Shown here in pieces: positions 1 through 10,803 of a stretch of DNA of 64,000 nt (the stretch's first letter is position 1; the number at the start of each line of letters is the position of its first letter). The position numbers and the translations under genes are program-made. The stretch lies in contig JAHHIK010000011.1 in assembly GCA_019358935.1 (NCBI GenBank), positions 1-64,000 of the forward strand, in the 5' to 3' direction. Origin of the DNA: Tolypothrix carrinoi HA7290-LM1 (GTDB lineage Bacteria; Cyanobacteriota; Cyanobacteriia; Cyanobacteriales; Nostocaceae). The notes beneath the pieces are model-generated. The model did no database searches and had not been told where the DNA came from. It saw nothing but the letters and a program-made list of their open reading frames with translations.

Positions 1-112
1 AGCATCTTTACGCTCAACTCTATAGCGTAATAATAGCACAAAAAGCACCACTGTGGGGTAAACCCCACGACGTGGTTTTCATCCCCGGCATGAATGCGCG
101 GGGCTTTCAACC
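1..112 (-). mobile_element. Probable IS200/IS605-family element end (subterminal hairpins), element continuing out of the window
   Basis: Hairpins GTGGGG-TAAA-CCCCAC and CCCCG-GCATGAATGC-GCGGGG. The minus strand reads GAAAGCCCCGCGCATTCATGCCGGGG, resembling cyanobacterial IS605/tnpB end hairpins. No transposase is visible in the window. Confidence 0.4.
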
Positions 113-175
113 TACCTTTTTGTAAAGTGAAGAGTGAAGAATCCCAAAATTCTTCCTTCTTCCTTCTTTTTATTT

Positions 176-715
176 TTAGAATCTGTCAGTTTCCTGTGGT
201 TGTGAGACTGCTCCCGGTTGACTGATAAAGAAGTTTTGAGCAGCTTCGTTTTGGTAAATACACCTGATATCAGGTTTTTCACTATCCAAATTACCCGTAA
301 AGCCAAAAGTGTTCAGGCGATTTTTGCATTCGTTCACCTGCTGCGATGATACAAGGTTTCGTCGCTCTAAAAGTCCCCAGTTATTTTGGCGGATAACGCA
401 TCCAGGACGCATACTCGGTTGAGCAACGTAGACATTAAACGGGTTGAGAGTCACGAAAAGTCTAGCGTCCATCACCATAGCGCTAGCTCCATACTGCACG
501 CAAATCTCAGGGTTCGGTGCTTTAGTGTCGATAAATTCACGGGAAGCCACGTTTGATGGAGTCAACGTGGTTGTAGAGCTAAAAGCAATACCAATCCCAA
601 TTCCCAAAATCAACACCCCCGCCAAAATCGCCATAGTGGTGAAATTAAACGCAGGAGATTGCAAAGCAGAAGGTTTAGAATCGGTAAATGTTCTACCAGT
701 AGATTTACGTCTCAT
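176..715 (-). CDS. DUF3172-family cyanobacterial membrane-anchored protein
   Basis: 179 aa; one N-terminal TM segment; conserved 'APNPEICVQYGASA..MDARLFVTLNPFNVYV..P.MRPGCV' motif. Confidence 0.8.
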   Translation of the reverse strand: MRRKSTGRTFTDSKPSALQSPAFNFTTMAILAGVLILGIGIGIAFSSTTTLTPSNVASREFIDTKAPNPEICVQYGASAMVMDARLFVTLNPFNVYVAQPSMRPGCVIRQNNWGLLERRNLVSSQQVNECKNRLNTFGFTGNLDSEKPDIRCIYQNEAAQNFFISQPGAVSQPQETDRF

Positions 716-800
716 TGTTGCTTAATCAACTTCACGCCTTAAATAGCCGGGAGTGGTTCAACAGTTCTCCCTCTTTAAGTATGACGAGTCTTTATTGAAA

Positions 801-1175
801 TTGGGCATTGGGCATTGGGCATTGGGCATTGGGCATTGGGCATTGGGCATTGGGCATTGGGCATTGGGCATTGGGCATTGGGCAATGGGCATTGGGCATT
901 GGGCATTGGGCATTGGGCATTGGGCATTGGGCATTGGGCATTGGGCAATGGGCATTGGGCAATGGGCATTGGGCATTGGGCAATGGGCATTGGGCATTGG
1001 GCATTGGGCATTGGGCATTGGGCATTGGGCATTGGGCATTGGGCATTGGGCATTGGGCATCGGTAAGAAAGAAGAAATATTTCTCCCCCTGCCCCCCTGC
1101 CCCCCTGCCCCCCTGCCCCATGCCCCATGCCCCATTACCCATGCCCCATTACCGATGCCCCATTACCCACTCCCC
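801..1175. repeat. STRR heptamer array (TGGGCAT)n followed by complementary-type (TGCCCCA/TGCCCCC)n units
   Basis: About 260 bp of near-perfect TGGGCAT units (801-1060), then CCCCATG-type units; the source of the spurious ORFs in all frames. Confidence 0.95.
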
Positions 1176-1238
1176 CTCACTTTTAATACTTTGGATAGTT
1201 AAACTATCTAGAAATATAAAATATTAATTAAGAAAAAT

Positions 1239-2087
1239 TTGATACATAACTTGAAAAAAGTGACATCTCCAAGACCGTTACTGCTTAACAAAACCTTCAA
1301 AATCTCGCAAATTCAAATCCTTCTCGCTGATAGTCTGACTATTTTTTGGGGAGAATGGCTGGATTTACGTGTGAGAATTGCACAACTAGCTACATCAGGA
1401 TTAATCTCTCCATTGGTATACATTCTCGCTTTTGGCTTTGGTTTGGGAGGTTCAATCAAACCAGGGGTAGGAATTAGTGGTGATTATAAGAACTACTTAG
1501 AATTCATTTTGCCAGGGATGGTGGCGCTGTCGTCGATGACAGTCAGTTTTGTGGGGACGACGTTTTCGATTTGCGGTGACAGACTGTTTACCAAAAGCTT
1601 TGAGGAATTATTGCTTGTTCCCGTGCATCCTTTAGCTTTACACATCGGTAAAATGCTGGCAGGAGTCATGCGGGGGTTGTTGACTTCGCTGGGTGTAATT
1701 TTGGTAGCGTTGCTGTTTACTGGTAACTGGCGTTTTCTGCACCCGTTGTTTTTGTTATTGTTGGTGCTGAGTTGTGCAGTTTTTTCTGGGTTGGGGGTAA
1801 TTGTCGGGTTAAGTGTGCGATCGCTTGAAGCTGTCGGACTCTACAACAACTTTATCATCATCCCCATGTCCTTTTTGGGAGGAACTTTCTTTGACCCAAA
1901 TACATTACCCGCAGCTTTAAAAGTTGTAGTTTATTTGTTACCGCTTACTTATGCCAGCTTAGGACTGCGTGCAGCTGCTTATTTGCCATTGTCGCAGTTT
2001 CCTTGGTATAGCATACCGATTTTGTTAGTGATGGCGATCGCTCTTTCCCTCTGGGGTGCTTACATTTTTGCCCACCAACAAGATTAA
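1239..2087 (+). CDS. ABC-2 type transporter permease
   Basis: About 6 TM helices; 'YLEFILPGMVAL', 'PMSFLGGTFF', 'LPLTYAS' ABC-2 membrane motifs; start codon uncertain. Confidence 0.85.
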   Translation: MIHNLKKVTSPRPLLLNKTFKISQIQILLADSLTIFWGEWLDLRVRIAQLATSGLISPLVYILAFGFGLGGSIKPGVGISGDYKNYLEFILPGMVALSSMTVSFVGTTFSICGDRLFTKSFEELLLVPVHPLALHIGKMLAGVMRGLLTSLGVILVALLFTGNWRFLHPLFLLLLVLSCAVFSGLGVIVGLSVRSLEAVGLYNNFIIIPMSFLGGTFFDPNTLPAALKVVVYLLPLTYASLGLRAAAYLPLSQFPWYSIPILLVMAIALSLWGAYIFAHQQD

Positions 2088-2230
2088 CCTGGCAAAACTT
2101 ATAATGGGTAGTGGTAAGTAGTTGGTAGTTAGTGGTTAATAGAACTGACAAATAATAACCAAGAACGCTCCAACGCTCCAACTAACAAAGGACAAAAAAT
2201 TGCTTTTTTCCATATTTCACTCTCAATGAA

Positions 2231-2716
2231 ATGCTAATTCGCACTGCCACACCAGACGATGTACCCAAAGTATTACCAATGGTTGCTAAAATTTGTGCAT
2301 TGCATAAAAATTGGGACTCTGCCAAGTATGGATTTTTACCTCAACCAGAACAGCGTTATGAAAAATGGTTGACGCGGTTAGCGAATAGTAATGAGCGCAG
2401 CGTCTTCCTAGTAGCGGAAGATGAAGGTAAATTGGGGGGGTTTCTAGTAGCGACAGTTGAGCGAGAAATTCCAATTTACCGTTTACAGGAATATGCTTTT
2501 ATTCACGATATCTGGGTTGAACCAGAATATCGCCAAAACAAAGTAGCGCGACAAATGGTAATGTTGTGTGTCGATCGCTTCAAAGAAATGGAAGTTCAGC
2601 AAATTCGGCTTGATACCGCAGCAGTCAACGAAGCAGCGCGACGATTATTTACATCCTGCGGTTTTCGCATCAGCACCATAGAAATGCTCAAAGAGCTAGG
2701 AGTCAAAAGTCCATAG
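2231..2716 (+). CDS. GNAT-family N-acetyltransferase
   Basis: 'IRTATPDD', 'IHDIWVEPEYRQNKVARQM' (motif A), 'NEAARRLFTSCGF'. Confidence 0.9.
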   Translation: MLIRTATPDDVPKVLPMVAKICALHKNWDSAKYGFLPQPEQRYEKWLTRLANSNERSVFLVAEDEGKLGGFLVATVEREIPIYRLQEYAFIHDIWVEPEYRQNKVARQMVMLCVDRFKEMEVQQIRLDTAAVNEAARRLFTSCGFRISTIEMLKELGVKSP

Positions 2717-2781
2717 TCAAGAGTCATTAGTTATTGGACTCCTAACTCCTAACTCCGCTCCTCCTAACTCTTAACTCCTAA

Positions 2782-3258
2782 CTAGCTAGCTAAAAGTGTT
2801 TTCTCCAGAGGTGTCCAACGGAAGAAGCGATCGCCTCCTCTCTCGATAATCACTTTCACTCGTGGTTCTATACTAGGCAAAGCCGCTAAATATTCAACTT
2901 CCTGATTGGAAAGAATATGCCCTTCAATAATCCACAACACTAGACCCTTTGACTTTGGTGGTAGCTGTTCTAACTGATAGTTGACAACTGGTGGCACATA
3001 GTATACATAGCCTACTGCCGCACCATTAGGGGTAGTTTTTTTACCCAGGTGAGGAGGTCTGATTCCATGAACTCCTGTCAAATAAGCAGCTACATCGCCC
3101 AGCCCTCTTGCGGTAATATGCAGGCAGGCATAACCAGCTGCACGCAGTCGGCGTTGATACCGACCTTCAAATCCTCCTTCCAGAGGTACGTACACGCCAA
3201 GAGCGCCAAATTTTTCCAGGTCGCGAATTAAAGGTTTGCCAGTGGTTATTAGTGCCAT
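2782..3258 (-). CDS. ndhN: NAD(P)H-quinone oxidoreductase (NDH-1) subunit N
   Basis: 'GALGVYVPLEGGFEGRYQRRLRAAGY..ITARGLGDVAAYL..HGIRPPHLGK' NdhN signature. Confidence 0.95.
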   Translation of the reverse strand: MALITTGKPLIRDLEKFGALGVYVPLEGGFEGRYQRRLRAAGYACLHITARGLGDVAAYLTGVHGIRPPHLGKKTTPNGAAVGYVYYVPPVVNYQLEQLPPKSKGLVLWIIEGHILSNQEVEYLAALPSIEPRVKVIIERGGDRFFRWTPLEKTLLAS

Positions 3259-3596
3259 AGATTTTCGTCTTATCCCACTTAGATATCTCTATTATTCACT
3301 GTTAATGGATATATTTAGTTAGATAACAAACTTATAAGTTAGATTAGCTTCACCCGCTGTTATCACCTAAGCTGCATATAATATAGGTTTTTTTAATATT
3401 AGTCATTCATTTAATAGTGTTTTCAGATTCCCCAAGGCTTGGAAAGCGCTTTGCCTAGAGCGTTGTGCTTACGCGTGCTTAAGAGCGTGGGCTACCCTTC
3501 GGGCGAACGCTCCTAGGCGAACGTTTCTGTGCCCGTTAACTTTGTACCATGCGCGGGTGTCGGTGAAAAAGGAAAACAGAATAGTAGTCCAAATTA

Positions 3597-3625
3597 TAGA
3601 CAAACGTAAATAGATGATCTATATT
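3597..3625 (+). promoter_or_regulatory. Candidate sigma70 promoter for the ribosomal protein operon
   Basis: TAGACA-17 nt-TATATT; a second extended -10 (TGaTATAAT) at 3720-3728. Confidence 0.4.
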
Positions 3626-4001
3626 ATTAGATTGTGACCAAAATCTGAAATTAGTTTACCTTCTAATTAGCATTCCTAGCTAGTTTTAGCATTTAGGGCT
3701 GATAATTAAATTCCAAATGTGATATAATCGCTCGGATGGGTAAGAAGCTGATAAACTAAAGAAGCCTTGAGTCAACTTAGGAGCATTGGAATAAAAACCA
3801 AAGCACAACCTAAGGAAAAAAGCGCGTTCCAAAATGCGTTTATTTTGAAACTAGGCAAAAGATTAAGCGATCGCTTAACGTTTTTAGTCAAGTAAAAACT
3901 GAGCATTCATCATGGTTTGATGACATTGCATCAGTTTCAGTCAAGGGATACTGAGCGTTTATAGTATGCTTAAGTCCCACTGCAACACGGACACATGAAG
4001 T

Positions 4002-4030
4002 GCGTTCCGCAAGGTTGCCGAAGGCATCGC
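4002..4030. mobile_element. SDR5-like 21-nt insertion in a HIP1 site
   Basis: GCG + TTCCGCAAGGTTGCCGAAGGC (21 nt) + ATCGC; removing the 21 nt restores GCGATCGC. Confidence 0.6.
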
Positions 4031-4363
4031 TTGTCGTTTTCACTTCTAAAGTCAAGAGCAGTGTCCGAAGAGAAAGTGCCAGAGCAATCGCTTGGACGAA
4101 GCATTGCTGCACAAAGCACTTGCGCTATAAAGCAAGCGCAAAGCTAATTTCAATCATTGATGACTTCCAATTGGCAAGGCATTTTTGGCTGTTCTGGTGA
4201 ATAAATGAGTGAAAATAAACGGATTCAGCAACGCGATTAACGATACGCTTGTTGCTGCACAGAAGCGTCCGCTTGCGGCAAAATGCCCCGAATAAGGCAT
4301 TTAAACTAGTGTGTGTTTGTGAATCCGATTTTAAAAGTAAGTAGATAAGGAGAGCCAGTAACT

Positions 4364-4999
4364 GTGTCTGTAGGCATTCTCGGCACCAAACTGGGCATGA
4401 CCCAAATATTTGACGAAGCAGGAGTATCCATTCCTGTCACCGTCGTCCAAGCGGGACCATGCACAGTAACACAAGTAAAAACAAAACAGACCGACGGTTA
4501 CTCTGCCATTCAAGTTGGCTATCGTGAAGTGAAACCAAAGGCTTTAAACAAGCCGTTGCTGGGACATCTGGCAAAATCAGAGGCTTCAGCATTGCGTCAC
4601 TTACGGGAATATCACATTGAGAACGCTAGTGAGTATTCTTTAGGTCAACAGATTACGGCAGATATTTTTAGTGCAGGTCAAATAGTAGATATAAGCGGTA
4701 AAAGTATCGGTCGCGGTTTTGCGGGGAACCAGAAACGAAACAACTTTGGTCGCGGACCCATGTCACACGGTTCCAAAAACCATAGAGCACCCGGTTCGAT
4801 TGGTGCGGGTACAACACCCGGTCGTGTCTATCCAGGTAAGCGGATGGCAGGACGTTTGGGTGGGAAGCGCATCACAATTCGCAAGCTGACTGTAGTGCGA
4901 GTAGACCCAGAACGTAACTTATTGCTAATCAAGGGAGCTATTCCTGGTAAGCCCGGAGCATTGATAAGTATTATCCCAGCCAAAAAAGTTGGTAATTAG
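4364..4999 (+). CDS. rplC: 50S ribosomal protein L3
   Basis: '[13 protein letters not shown]', '[17 protein letters not shown]'. Confidence 0.99.
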   Translation: MSVGILGTKLGMTQIFDEAGVSIPVTVVQAGPCTVTQVKTKQTDGYSAIQVGYREVKPKALNKPLLGHLAKSEASALRHLREYHIENASEYSLGQQITADIFSAGQIVDISGKSIGRGFAGNQKRNNFGRGPMSHGSKNHRAPGSIGAGTTPGRVYPGKRMAGRLGGKRITIRKLTVVRVDPERNLLLIKGAIPGKPGALISIIPAKKVGN

Positions 5000-5133
5000 T
5001 TAGTGGTTAGTGGTTAGTGGTTAGTAGTTAGTGGTTAGTGGTTAATAGAACTAACAAATAACAACCAACAACGCTCCAACTAACAAAGAACAAATAACAA
5101 CTAACAACTAACGAACATGCAAAGGACAAAAAA

Positions 5134-5769
5134 ATGACATTTGAGTATGTAGTCAAAAATTGGCAAGGAGAACAAGTCGGAGAAAAAAGCTTCGATTTGC
5201 GAGTTGCAAAAGAAGAAACGGCGTCTCATATTGTGCATAGAGCCTTAGTGAGACAGATGACCAATGCTCGCCAGGGAACTGCCAGTACAAAGACCCGTGC
5301 AGAAGTTAGAGGTGGTGGTCGCAAACCGTGGCGGCAAAAAGGTACAGGAAGAGCGCGTGCAGGTTCAATTCGTTCACCTTTGTGGCGTGGTGGTGGTGTA
5401 ATCTTTGGACCAAAGCCCAGAGATTATAACCTGAAGATGAACCGCAAAGAGCGGCGTTTAGCATTGCGGACAGCGTTTGCCAGTCGGATTGACGATTTGA
5501 TTGTAGTAGAAGAATTTGGCAACGAATTTCAACGCCCGAAAACCAAAGAATTGGTACAAGCGATCGCGCGTTGGGGTTCACAACCAGAAAGCAATACACT
5601 TTTAATCTTGTCGGAACGCACCGAAAACGTTTATTTGTCAGCTCGCAACATCGAAAAATTAAAGTTAATTGCCGCTGACCAACTAAACATTTACGACTTG
5701 CTGCACGCTGACAAAATTGTAATTACAGCACCAGCTTTAGAAAAAATCCAGGAGGTCTACAGTGCCTAA
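5134..5769 (+). CDS. rplD: 50S ribosomal protein L4
   Basis: '[33 protein letters not shown]'. Confidence 0.99.
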   Translation: MTFEYVVKNWQGEQVGEKSFDLRVAKEETASHIVHRALVRQMTNARQGTASTKTRAEVRGGGRKPWRQKGTGRARAGSIRSPLWRGGGVIFGPKPRDYNLKMNRKERRLALRTAFASRIDDLIVVEEFGNEFQRPKTKELVQAIARWGSQPESNTLLILSERTENVYLSARNIEKLKLIAADQLNIYDLLHADKIVITAPALEKIQEVYSA

Positions 5770-6076
5770 CTTTGACCCCCGTTATTTGCCCGACTTAGTG
5801 CGTCGCCCAATTGTCACCGAGAAAGCGACGATTGCGATGGAGCAGAATAAATACACTTTTGAAGTAATTCCTAAAGCAACCAAGCCAGAAATCAAAGCCG
5901 CAATTGAAAACTTGTTTAATGTCACGGTTGTGAAAGTGAATACCTCAAGACCACCTCGCAAAAAGCGGCGCGTTGGTAAATTTATTGGTTACAAACCCCA
6001 ATACAAGAAAGCCATTGTCACAGTGGCACCTGGGGACGAAGACAAGATTAGACAAGTTCTATTCCCAGAAGTGTAA
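5762..6076 (+). CDS. rplW: 50S ribosomal protein L23
   Basis: 'RPIVTEKA', 'YKKAIVT'; operon position. Confidence 0.98.
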   Translation: MPNFDPRYLPDLVRRPIVTEKATIAMEQNKYTFEVIPKATKPEIKAAIENLFNVTVVKVNTSRPPRKKRRVGKFIGYKPQYKKAIVTVAPGDEDKIRQVLFPEV

Positions 6077-6263
6077 TTAGTTAGTGGTTAGTGGTTAGTG
6101 GTTAATTGCTAATGGGTAATGGTGAGAAAGAGCGCTGCGCTCCTGGTTTCCAAGAGTGCCGACTCTGGCTCTAGAGTTGGGGTAATGGGGAAAGCGAAAA
6201 AATAATTAGCAACTAACAACTAACAACTAACAACTAACAACTAACAACTAACAACTAACAATT

Positions 6264-7127
6264 ATGGGTACTCGTTCTTATCGCCCTTATACCCCCAGTA
6301 CTCGCCAAGTTACTATCTCCGACTTTGCGGAAATTACCAAAAGCGAGCCGGAAAAGTCCTTAACGACACACAAGCATCGTCCTAAAGGTAGAAATAACCA
6401 AGGGCGAATTACTAGTCGTCGGCGGGGTGGCGGACACAAACAACTTTACCGGATTATCGACTTTAAACGAGATAAGCGGAATATACCCGCGAAAGTTGCA
6501 GCGATTGAATACGATCCAAACCGCAACGCCCGGATCGCCCTTTTGTTTTACCAAGATGGCGAAAAACGCTACATTCTTCATCCCAACGGCTTGAAAGTCG
6601 GGACAACAGTTATTGCTGGACCTGATGCGCCCTTTGAAGATGGTAACGCCTTACCATTGTCGAATATTCCCTTGGGTACTAGCGTTCACAACGTCGAGTT
6701 AACCCCAGGAAAAGGCGGTCAAATCGTTCGTTCCGCCGGTGCTACCGCGCAAGTTGTGGCAAAAGAAGGAAATTACGTTACCATCAAACTGCCTTCTGGT
6801 GAAGTCCGAATGATTCGGCGCGAATGCTACGCCACCATCGGACAAGTTGGTAACACCGATGCCAGAAACCTGAGCGCAGGTAAAGCAGGAAGAAACCGCT
6901 GGAAAGGTCGCCGTCCTAAAGTCAGAGGTAGCGTCATGAACCCAGTGGATCACCCACATGGCGGTGGTGAAGGTCGCGCTCCCATTGGTAGATCCGGTCC
7001 TGTGACACCTTGGGGTAAACCTACCTTGGGTATGAAGACACGCAAGCGCAAGAAACCAAGCAGCAAGTTAATTGTACGTCGTCGTCGTAAGTCTTCTAAA
7101 CGCGGACGCGGCGGACGCGAGTCTTAA
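6264..7127 (+). CDS. rplB: 50S ribosomal protein L2
   Basis: '[12 protein letters not shown]', '[13 protein letters not shown]'. Confidence 0.99.
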   Translation: MGTRSYRPYTPSTRQVTISDFAEITKSEPEKSLTTHKHRPKGRNNQGRITSRRRGGGHKQLYRIIDFKRDKRNIPAKVAAIEYDPNRNARIALLFYQDGEKRYILHPNGLKVGTTVIAGPDAPFEDGNALPLSNIPLGTSVHNVELTPGKGGQIVRSAGATAQVVAKEGNYVTIKLPSGEVRMIRRECYATIGQVGNTDARNLSAGKAGRNRWKGRRPKVRGSVMNPVDHPHGGGEGRAPIGRSGPVTPWGKPTLGMKTRKRKKPSSKLIVRRRRKSSKRGRGGRES

Positions 7128-7289
7128 AAAGTAAATGGTTAGTGGTTAATGGTTAGTTGTTAGTAGTAAACAACGCTCCAACTAACCACCAACAATAAAC
7201 AACCCTTCGGGTTCGCCAGGTGCTTCAAGCCGGGAAACCCGTCCAACGCACTGGCTCACTAGCAACTAACAACTAACAATTGACAAATT

Positions 7290-7568
7290 ATGGGTCGTTC
7301 TCTAAAAAAAGGTCCCTTCGTTGCGGATCATTTACTCAAGAAAATTGAAAAGCTCGACGCAATCAACAGAAAAGAAGTTATTAAAACTTGGTCGCGAGCT
7401 TCAACAATTTTGCCTCAAATGGTAGGACATACCATCGCGGTTCACAACGGACGCCAACATGTGCCAGTTTTTGTCAGTGACCAAATGGTAGGACACAAAT
7501 TGGGTGAATTTGCCCCGACACGCACATACAGGGGTCATGGCAAAAGTGATAAAAAAGCAGGGAGATAG
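7290..7568 (+). CDS. rpsS: 30S ribosomal protein S19
   Basis: 'RSLKKGPFV', '[13 protein letters not shown]'. Confidence 0.99.
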   Translation: MGRSLKKGPFVADHLLKKIEKLDAINRKEVIKTWSRASTILPQMVGHTIAVHNGRQHVPVFVSDQMVGHKLGEFAPTRTYRGHGKSDKKAGR

Positions 7569-7741
7569 TTATTGGTTAATGGTTATTAGGAGCGTGGGAG
7601 CGTAGTTAGAGGATAGTGGGAGCGTGGGAGCGTAGTTCAGAAAAGAACGCTTTTAATAACAAATAACAACGCTCCTAATAACAACCAACTTTTAACAACG
7701 CTCCAATTAACTACCAACTAATAACCAAAAAGGAGAAACTT

Positions 7742-8098
7742 ATGGCAACTGATACTAAAGAAGTAAAAGCGATCGCCCGTTTTGTACGCATGTCTCCCTT
7801 TAAAGTGCGTCGCGTACTCGATCAAATTCGCGGCAGATCCTATCGAGAAGCGCTGATTATCTTGGAATTCATGCCCTATCGTGCCTGCGAACCAGTATTA
7901 AAGCTGATTAGAAGCGCTGCCGCTAATGCCGAGCATAACGCTGGGCTAGATCGCGCTCAATTGGTGATTACTCAAGCATACGCCGATCAAGGTCCAGTCC
8001 TAAAACGGTTCCAACCAAGAGCGCAAGGTCGAGCTTACCAAATTCGCAAGCCGACATGTCACATCACAGTAGCAGTTGCGACTGGTGCGGCTGAATAA
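7742..8098 (+). CDS. rplV: 50S ribosomal protein L22
   Basis: '[16 protein letters not shown]', 'PRAQGRA'. Confidence 0.99.
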   Translation: MATDTKEVKAIARFVRMSPFKVRRVLDQIRGRSYREALIILEFMPYRACEPVLKLIRSAAANAEHNAGLDRAQLVITQAYADQGPVLKRFQPRAQGRAYQIRKPTCHITVAVATGAAE

Positions 8099-8151
8099 GC
8101 TTCTCTCAGTAAAAAAATTGCGTACAGTCAGAAATTTTAGAGGAACTATTT

Positions 8152-8907
8152 GTGGGACAAAAGATTCATCCAGTCGGTTTTCGACTGGGTATTACTCAAG
8201 AACACCAATCACGTTGGTTTGCCGTTCCTGACCGTTATCCAGAACTTCTTCAAGAAGACTACAAACTCCGCAACTACATAGAACAAAAGCTGGGTAGATA
8301 CGCTCAAAACAACGCCGGTATTTCGGAAGTGCGAATTGAGCGCAAAGCAGACCAAATCGACTTAGAAGTACGCACGGCTCGACCGGGTGTAGTTGTAGGT
8401 CGAGGTGGACAAGGTATCGAAGCATTGCGTACCGGACTTCAAGATTTGTTAGGCGGCAATCGCCAAATTCGCATTAACGTAGTTGAAGTACAACGAGTTG
8501 ATGCCGATGCTTATTTAATTGCGGAATACATCGCTCAACAATTGGAACGCCGCGTTTCCTTCCGTCGGGTAGTGCGTCAAGCCATCCAACGCGCTCAACG
8601 CGCTGGTGTGCAAGGCATTAAAGTTCAAGTTGGCGGTCGGCTCAACGGTGCAGAAATTGCCCGGACAGAGTGGACTCGTGAAGGTAGAGTACCTCTACAT
8701 ACCTTACGGGCTGATATTGACTACTCTTACTGCACCGCAAAAACCATTTACGGCATTCTCGGTATCAAAGTGTGGGTGTTCAAGGGAGAAATCATTCCCG
8801 GACAGGAAGAAGCTCCAGCACAACCAACAACACGCGATCGCGAACCTCGTCGTCGTCAACAACAACGCCGTCGCCAACAATTTGAAGATCGTTCAAATGA
8901 AGGGTAA
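8152..8907 (+). CDS. rpsC: 30S ribosomal protein S3
   Basis: '[12 protein letters not shown]', '[12 protein letters not shown]', '[14 protein letters not shown]'. Confidence 0.99.
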   Translation: MGQKIHPVGFRLGITQEHQSRWFAVPDRYPELLQEDYKLRNYIEQKLGRYAQNNAGISEVRIERKADQIDLEVRTARPGVVVGRGGQGIEALRTGLQDLLGGNRQIRINVVEVQRVDADAYLIAEYIAQQLERRVSFRRVVRQAIQRAQRAGVQGIKVQVGGRLNGAEIARTEWTREGRVPLHTLRADIDYSYCTAKTIYGILGIKVWVFKGEIIPGQEEAPAQPTTRDREPRRRQQQRRRQQFEDRSNEG

Positions 8908-9011
8908 ATGGGTAATAGGTAATAGGTAATAGGTAATAGCTGAAAAATAATTACCTTTTTCCCAATTACCTTTTTCCCAATTACCAATTCCCAATTCCCA
9001 ATTCCCAAATC

Positions 9012-9437
9012 ATGTTAAGTCCTAGAAGAACTAAATTCCGCAAACAACAACGCGGACGGATGAGCGGTGTAGCTACCCGTGGTAGCAGCCTGAATTTTGG
9101 CGATTTTGCCCTCCAAGCTCAAGAACCAGCTTGGATCACCTCCCGACAAATTGAGGCTTCGCGTCGAGCAATGACTCGTTATATCCGCCGGGGTGGTAAA
9201 ATCTGGATTCGTATTTTCCCAGACAAACCTGTAACCATGCGTCCCGCAGAAACCCGGATGGGTTCCGGTAAAGGTTCGCCTGAGTTTTGGGTAGCAGTCG
9301 TTAAGCCAGGACGGATTTTATTTGAAATTGCTGGCGTTAGTGAAGAAATCGCTCGCGAAGCCATGCGCTTGGCAGCTTTTAAGTTACCAATTAAAACTAA
9401 GTTCATTTCACGCTCCGAATCGGAGCCGCAGGAGTAA
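9012..9437 (+). CDS. rplP: 50S ribosomal protein L16
   Basis: '[13 protein letters not shown]', 'RMGSGKG'. Confidence 0.99.
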   Translation: MLSPRRTKFRKQQRGRMSGVATRGSSLNFGDFALQAQEPAWITSRQIEASRRAMTRYIRRGGKIWIRIFPDKPVTMRPAETRMGSGKGSPEFWVAVVKPGRILFEIAGVSEEIAREAMRLAAFKLPIKTKFISRSESEPQE

Positions 9438-9440
9438 GTC

Positions 9441-9647
9441 ATGCCTCTGCCTAAGATTTCAGAAGCAAGAGAATTAAGTGACGAAAAACTGTCTGATGAA
9501 ATTCTTGCTGTGAAAAAGCAACTATTTCAATTGCGCTTGCAAAAAGCAACCAGACAATTAGAAAAACCCCATCAATTCAAACATGCTCGACACCGTTTAG
9601 CCCAGTTGCTGACAGTAGAGACAGAGCGCAAACACTCAAGCAACTGA
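9441..9647 (+). CDS. rpmC: 50S ribosomal protein L29
   Basis: '[17 protein letters not shown]'; operon position. Confidence 0.98.
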   Translation: MPLPKISEARELSDEKLSDEILAVKKQLFQLRLQKATRQLEKPHQFKHARHRLAQLLTVETERKHSSN

Positions 9648-9675
9648 ATTGGTTAAAGAATAAAAGTAGGAGATT

Positions 9676-9927
9676 ATGGCAGTCAAAGAACGAGTTGGTT
9701 TGGTAGTGAGCGACAAAATGCAGAAAACGGTGGTAGTCGCCATTGAAAACCGCGCTCCTCACCCCAAGTACGGCAAAATTGTAGTGAATACCCAGCGCTA
9801 TAAAGTCCACGACGAAGAAAACAAATGTAAAGTGGGCGATCGCGTTCGCATTCAGGAAACTCGACCTTTGAGTAAAACCAAGCGCTGGCAAGTCACAGAA
9901 ATTCTCAACACTAAAGCTACAACGTAA
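9676..9927 (+). CDS. rpsQ: 30S ribosomal protein S17
   Basis: '[12 protein letters not shown]', '[11 protein letters not shown]'. Confidence 0.99.
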   Translation: MAVKERVGLVVSDKMQKTVVVAIENRAPHPKYGKIVVNTQRYKVHDEENKCKVGDRVRIQETRPLSKTKRWQVTEILNTKATT

Positions 9928-9970
9928 TAGTTGGAGCGAAAACGCGCCAACGCCACAAGGAAGAAAAATT

Positions 9971-10345
9971 GTGATTCAACCCCAGACCTACCTCAATGTC
10001 GCAGATAATAGCGGCGCCCGCAAATTAATGTGCATCCGCGTTTTAGGCGGAGGCGGAGGAAACCGTCGTTATGGCGGCGTAGGCGATAAAATTATCGCCG
10101 TTGTTAAAGATGCCATTCCTAATATGGCAGTAAAAAAATCTGATGTCGTGGAAGCGGTTATTGTCCGCACCCGCAAAGCCATGAACCGTGATAGCGGTAT
10201 GAGTATCCGCTTTGACGACAACGCCGCAGTAATCATCAACAAAGATGGTAATCCAAGAGGTACGCGGGTTTTCGGACCAGTGGCACGGGAATTGCGCGAT
10301 AAAAACTTTACCAAAATTGTTTCTTTGGCTCCGGAGGTGCTGTAA
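9971..10345 (+). CDS. rplN: 50S ribosomal protein L14
   Basis: 'VADNSGA', 'FDDNAAV', '[12 protein letters not shown]'. Confidence 0.99.
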   Translation: MIQPQTYLNVADNSGARKLMCIRVLGGGGGNRRYGGVGDKIIAVVKDAIPNMAVKKSDVVEAVIVRTRKAMNRDSGMSIRFDDNAAVIINKDGNPRGTRVFGPVARELRDKNFTKIVSLAPEVL

Positions 10346-10695
10346 TGTCAAAACAGCCGAAACCTAAAGTTTTTCATAAAATGCACGTCAAAACTGGTGA
10401 CACCGTGCAAGTGATTGCCGGCAAAGACAAAGGCAAAGTTGGTGAAATAGTCAAAGCACTTCCCCAAGTTAGCCAAGTCGTTGTTAAAGGCGTCAACATT
10501 AAAACTAAGCACGTCAAACCCCAAGGCGAAGGTGAATCGGGACGCATCGTCACCCAAGAATTCCCAATTCATAGTTCCAACGTAATGCTTTATTCAACCA
10601 AGCAAAACGTTGCTAGTCGCATCTGCTACACCACAACCCAAGAAGGGAAGAAGGTACGGATGTTAAAGAAAACCGGCGAGATACTTGATAAATAG
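10345..10695 (+). CDS. rplX: 50S ribosomal protein L24
   Basis: '[14 protein letters not shown]' KOW motif. Confidence 0.99.
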   Translation: MSKQPKPKVFHKMHVKTGDTVQVIAGKDKGKVGEIVKALPQVSQVVVKGVNIKTKHVKPQGEGESGRIVTQEFPIHSSNVMLYSTKQNVASRICYTTTQEGKKVRMLKKTGEILDK

Positions 10696-10803
10696 TTAGG
10701 AGTGAGGAGTTAAGAGTTAGAAATTGACTTTAACTCATAACTCAAAACTCAAAACTCATAACTTCTTCCCTGACAAAGACCAGGGATAAACAGGAAAAAA
10801 ATT

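Noticed and set aside
801..1060. Tandem arrays as a possible CRISPR array
   Set aside because: Contiguous 7-9-nt units with no unique spacers and no cas genes; the 28.5-29.3 kb repeats are coding duplications, not CRISPR
753..1227. Multiple overlapping ORFs with WALGIGH / PMPNAQC repeats (also at 21478-21780, 30900-31373, 59062-59432, 60975-61357)
   Set aside because: Translations of stop-free heptamer STRR arrays in all frames; not credible proteins
3888..4200. Short ORFs (74 and 66 aa) in the rplC leader as leader peptides
   Set aside because: No RBS or recognisable family, and they overlap a repeat insertion; unsupported without ribosome profiling
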